A stretch of 64,000 bases of DNA from the NCBI RefSeq assembly GCF_006345805.1, contig NC_043007.1, positions 73,036,001 to 73,100,000 on the forward strand, in the 5' to 3' direction. This document shows, in pieces, positions 61,668-64,000 of this stretch. This stretch comes from Octopus sinensis. Its lineage: Eukaryota. Positions within the stretch are counted from its first letter, which is position 1. The number at the start of each line of letters is the position of its first letter. Under the pieces are notes generated by a model, which was given only the letters and a program-made list of their open reading frames with translations, searched no databases and had not been told where the DNA came from. The position numbers were made by a program, and so were the translations under genes.

Positions 61668-61917
61668 TATATATACACACACATGTATACATACGCACGC
61701 ATACATGACATAATGCATATTTCTAGAACTTAACCCTATAGCATTCAGATTATTTTGTCAAGCATAATGTTTATTTATTCAAATTGGTTTGAATTTAATC
61801 ATACAATATCTTGTAGCTTCCTGGTTTCATTGATGTAATAGTCTATTTTTAGAATGACATTGTATGGTAGGTGTGAGTGACAGAATTTGGTCAATTTAAA
61901 CATAATGCATGTAGGAT
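61668..61917 (+). repeat. Near-identical local duplicate of 60313-60559
   Basis: About 245 bp including the flanking microsatellite; differs by roughly one substitution and a 4-bp indel. Confidence 0.9.
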
Positions 61918-62187
61918 AATGCATATATATATAATGCATATATATATATATATATACACACACATGTTGATTACAGGAAAACCTTATAATACAGAATTAG
62001 GTAATTTTCAAAAACTGAAAATGATTTAAATTAAAGTGTGAAAATTACCCATTATGCAAGCTGATAACAGCTATCAGAAGTAGGTACATAAAATCCCTTA
62101 GAGATAAGCAATTGTTCAGAACTAAATACATACTTTCAAAAATATTATTATTTAGATGAGTTGTAGTGCACCTGAGCACTGTACACA

Positions 62188-62222
<35 letters not shown>

Positions 62223-62249
62223 CATTATTACAGTGATGTGATGAAATGT

Positions 62250-62700
62250 CATAAGACAATGACAAGTGACTGAGACCTTCGAACGTTGGGCAATATACTG
62301 TGGTTGAGAAGACCTATGAAGCCAAGTGAAATTGTAGTCATGGCCAATTCCAGTGTCATGTAAATGGCACCCATGCCAGTGGCACATAAAAAGCATACTT
62401 CAAACTTTGAGCCTGACAGAGGCAGTGACAAGTGACTGAGACTTCTGGCAATATACCGTACATGTCAAGCCAAGTGAGATCATAGTCATGGCTGACGCTG
62501 GTGTTTCGTAACTGGCACCCATGCTGGTGGCACGTAAAAAGCACTCACTAGTCTTGGAGTGGTTGGCATCAGGAAGGGCATCCAGATGTTGAAATCATGC
62601 CAAATCAGATTGAAACCTTGTGCAGCTCCCCAGCTTATCAGTTTTCAGTCAAACTGTCCGACCCATGCCAGCATGGAAAACAGATGTTAAATGATGAGGA
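62250..62700 (+). mobile_element. RTE 3' end/UTR, internally duplicated
   Basis: gtgactgagacctt...ttgagaagacc...aagccaag matches the end of the RTE at 15245-15315, then runs into the common tail ccatgccagcatggaaaacagatgttaaatgatga. Confidence 0.8.
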
Positions 62701-63304
62701 ATGTTTTAAACTTTAAGGCACTTGACAAATTAGATAAAGTTTTAAGACAAATGGTAAAAATTAAAGAAGAATTTACCTCAACTGTTTTACGGAAAGGGTT
62801 TGAATATGCTGGATCTTTGGGAACAAATTCTAATTCTTGGCTCAGCTGAAATAAATTCATTTAGAAAAACAAACTATTTTAAACAGTAACAGAATAGTAA
62901 TTTCATTACAATGAAGCGCAAATTCCAAATATTCAACCACTTAAATTAATGATTACCACCCTTCCACCATCACCACCTGCAAATTTGGACCCATGTCAAT
63001 GAAATAATTCATATTCCTGTATTATCTTTTGTTTTCTATTTTCCTTCATATTTATCATTTTTAAATATGTAGTTGTAACGTATCATCACTGCCTCAATAT
63101 ATCCAGGACCTTGAGGTAGAGATGATAGACTGAGAAGTGTGGCGGGTGGACTTTCTTGCTGTAGCTTGGGTTGGACATTGGCCTTAATAAATAATTGTAA
63201 CATATAATTAATTGTAAAAATACTTTCATTTTTGAAACCCAAATCTCAATATAATTTCAAATCACATTTCTTTTGTGAATTATTATTACTTAATATCATA
63301 ACTC

Positions 63305-63490
63305 AATGCTGGGTAAAATGCTTAAGTAGTATTACGTCCATCTTAATGTTCTGAGTTCAAATTCCATCAAGGTCGACTTTACTTCTCATTCTTTCAGGTT
63401 TGATAAAATAAGTACTAGTTGAGCATTGGAGTTGATGTAATTAACTTAGCCTCTTCCCTAAAACTGCTGACCATGTGCCAAAATTTGAAT
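63305..63490 (+). mobile_element. Meta/MESC-like SINE
   Basis: ctgagttcaaattccatcaaggtcgactttacttctcattc... Confidence 0.7.
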
Positions 63491-63502
63491 GGCCTAGTGG
63501 TG

Positions 63503-63770
63503 TGGAGGCACATGGCCTAGTGGTTAGAACAGCAGACTCGCAGTCGAGGGATCGCGGGTTCGTATCTCAGACTGGGTGATGTGTGTTTATGAGCAAAACA
63601 CCTAAGCTCCACGCCTCTCCGGAAGAAGGTAATGGCAAACTTCTGCTAACTCTTTCGCCACAACTTTCTCTCACTCTTTTCTCCTGCATCTTGCAGCTCA
63701 CCTATATGCCAAGGAAACCGGGAAACTGGCCCTTATGAGCTAGGTGTGGCTCGAGAAGGAACAAACAACT
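63503..63770 (+). mobile_element. tRNA-derived SINE (further family)
   Basis: A box TGGCCTAGTGG and B box GGTTCGTATC; non-tRNA body follows. Confidence 0.75.
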
Positions 63771-63819
63771 GTTCCTTTTAAAGGATGAAAAAATTTGAAT
63801 CCAATATCATAACTCAGGT

Positions 63820-64000
63820 GGCAAACTGGCAGAATTGTCAATACACTCGACAAAACGCTTCGTGGCATTTCATTTGTCTTTATGTTCTGAGTTCAAACTC
63901 CGCTGAGGTCAACTTTGCCTTTCATCCTTTTGGGGTCAATAAAATAAGATGGGGTTATAATCCCCTTCCCACAAAGTTTCAGGCCTTGTACCTATGATAG
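63820..64000 (+). mobile_element. Meta/MESC-like SINE
   Basis: ggtggcaaactggcagaa...gagttcaaactccgctgaggtcaactttgcctttcatcc...aggccttgtacc. Confidence 0.8.

Noticed and set aside
63503-63575. Possible tRNA gene
   Set aside because: A and B boxes are present but there is no acceptor-stem pairing, and the sequence continues into a repeat body; it is a SINE head. The same applies to 24493-24560.

Overview
AT-rich, repeat-saturated eukaryotic DNA. The SINE families, RTE LINEs and microsatellite load look like an Octopus (coleoid cephalopod) genome; this is inference from recalled repeat families. One host gene can be reconstructed by hand, although the ORF track largely misses it: a minus-strand, multi-exon IL-17-receptor-like gene. 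It has a signal-peptide exon at 19.5 kb, a probable 28-nt micro-exon at 12.3 kb, and six phase-compatible GT-AG exons between 6777 and 419 encoding two FnIII-like ectodomain modules. The TM and cytoplasmic exons would lie beyond the left edge. The rest is mobile DNA: a young Ty3/gypsy element (44072-48611, 238-bp LTRs with 2 mismatches, GCATT TSD), an old shrunken LTR element, several RTE LINE fragments, decayed hAT, maT/mariner and Tc1 transposons, non-autonomous Helitrons, MITEs and at least four SINE types. The most unusual signal is three unrelated non-coding repeat families carrying minimal type-I hammerhead ribozyme folds of the Penelope pseudo-LTR kind. Two occur as divergent inverted dimers: one with an intact catalytic core inside intron 1 of the receptor gene, and one fused to a tRNA-derived Pol III head. 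I found no CRISPR array, rRNA or bona fide tRNA gene.
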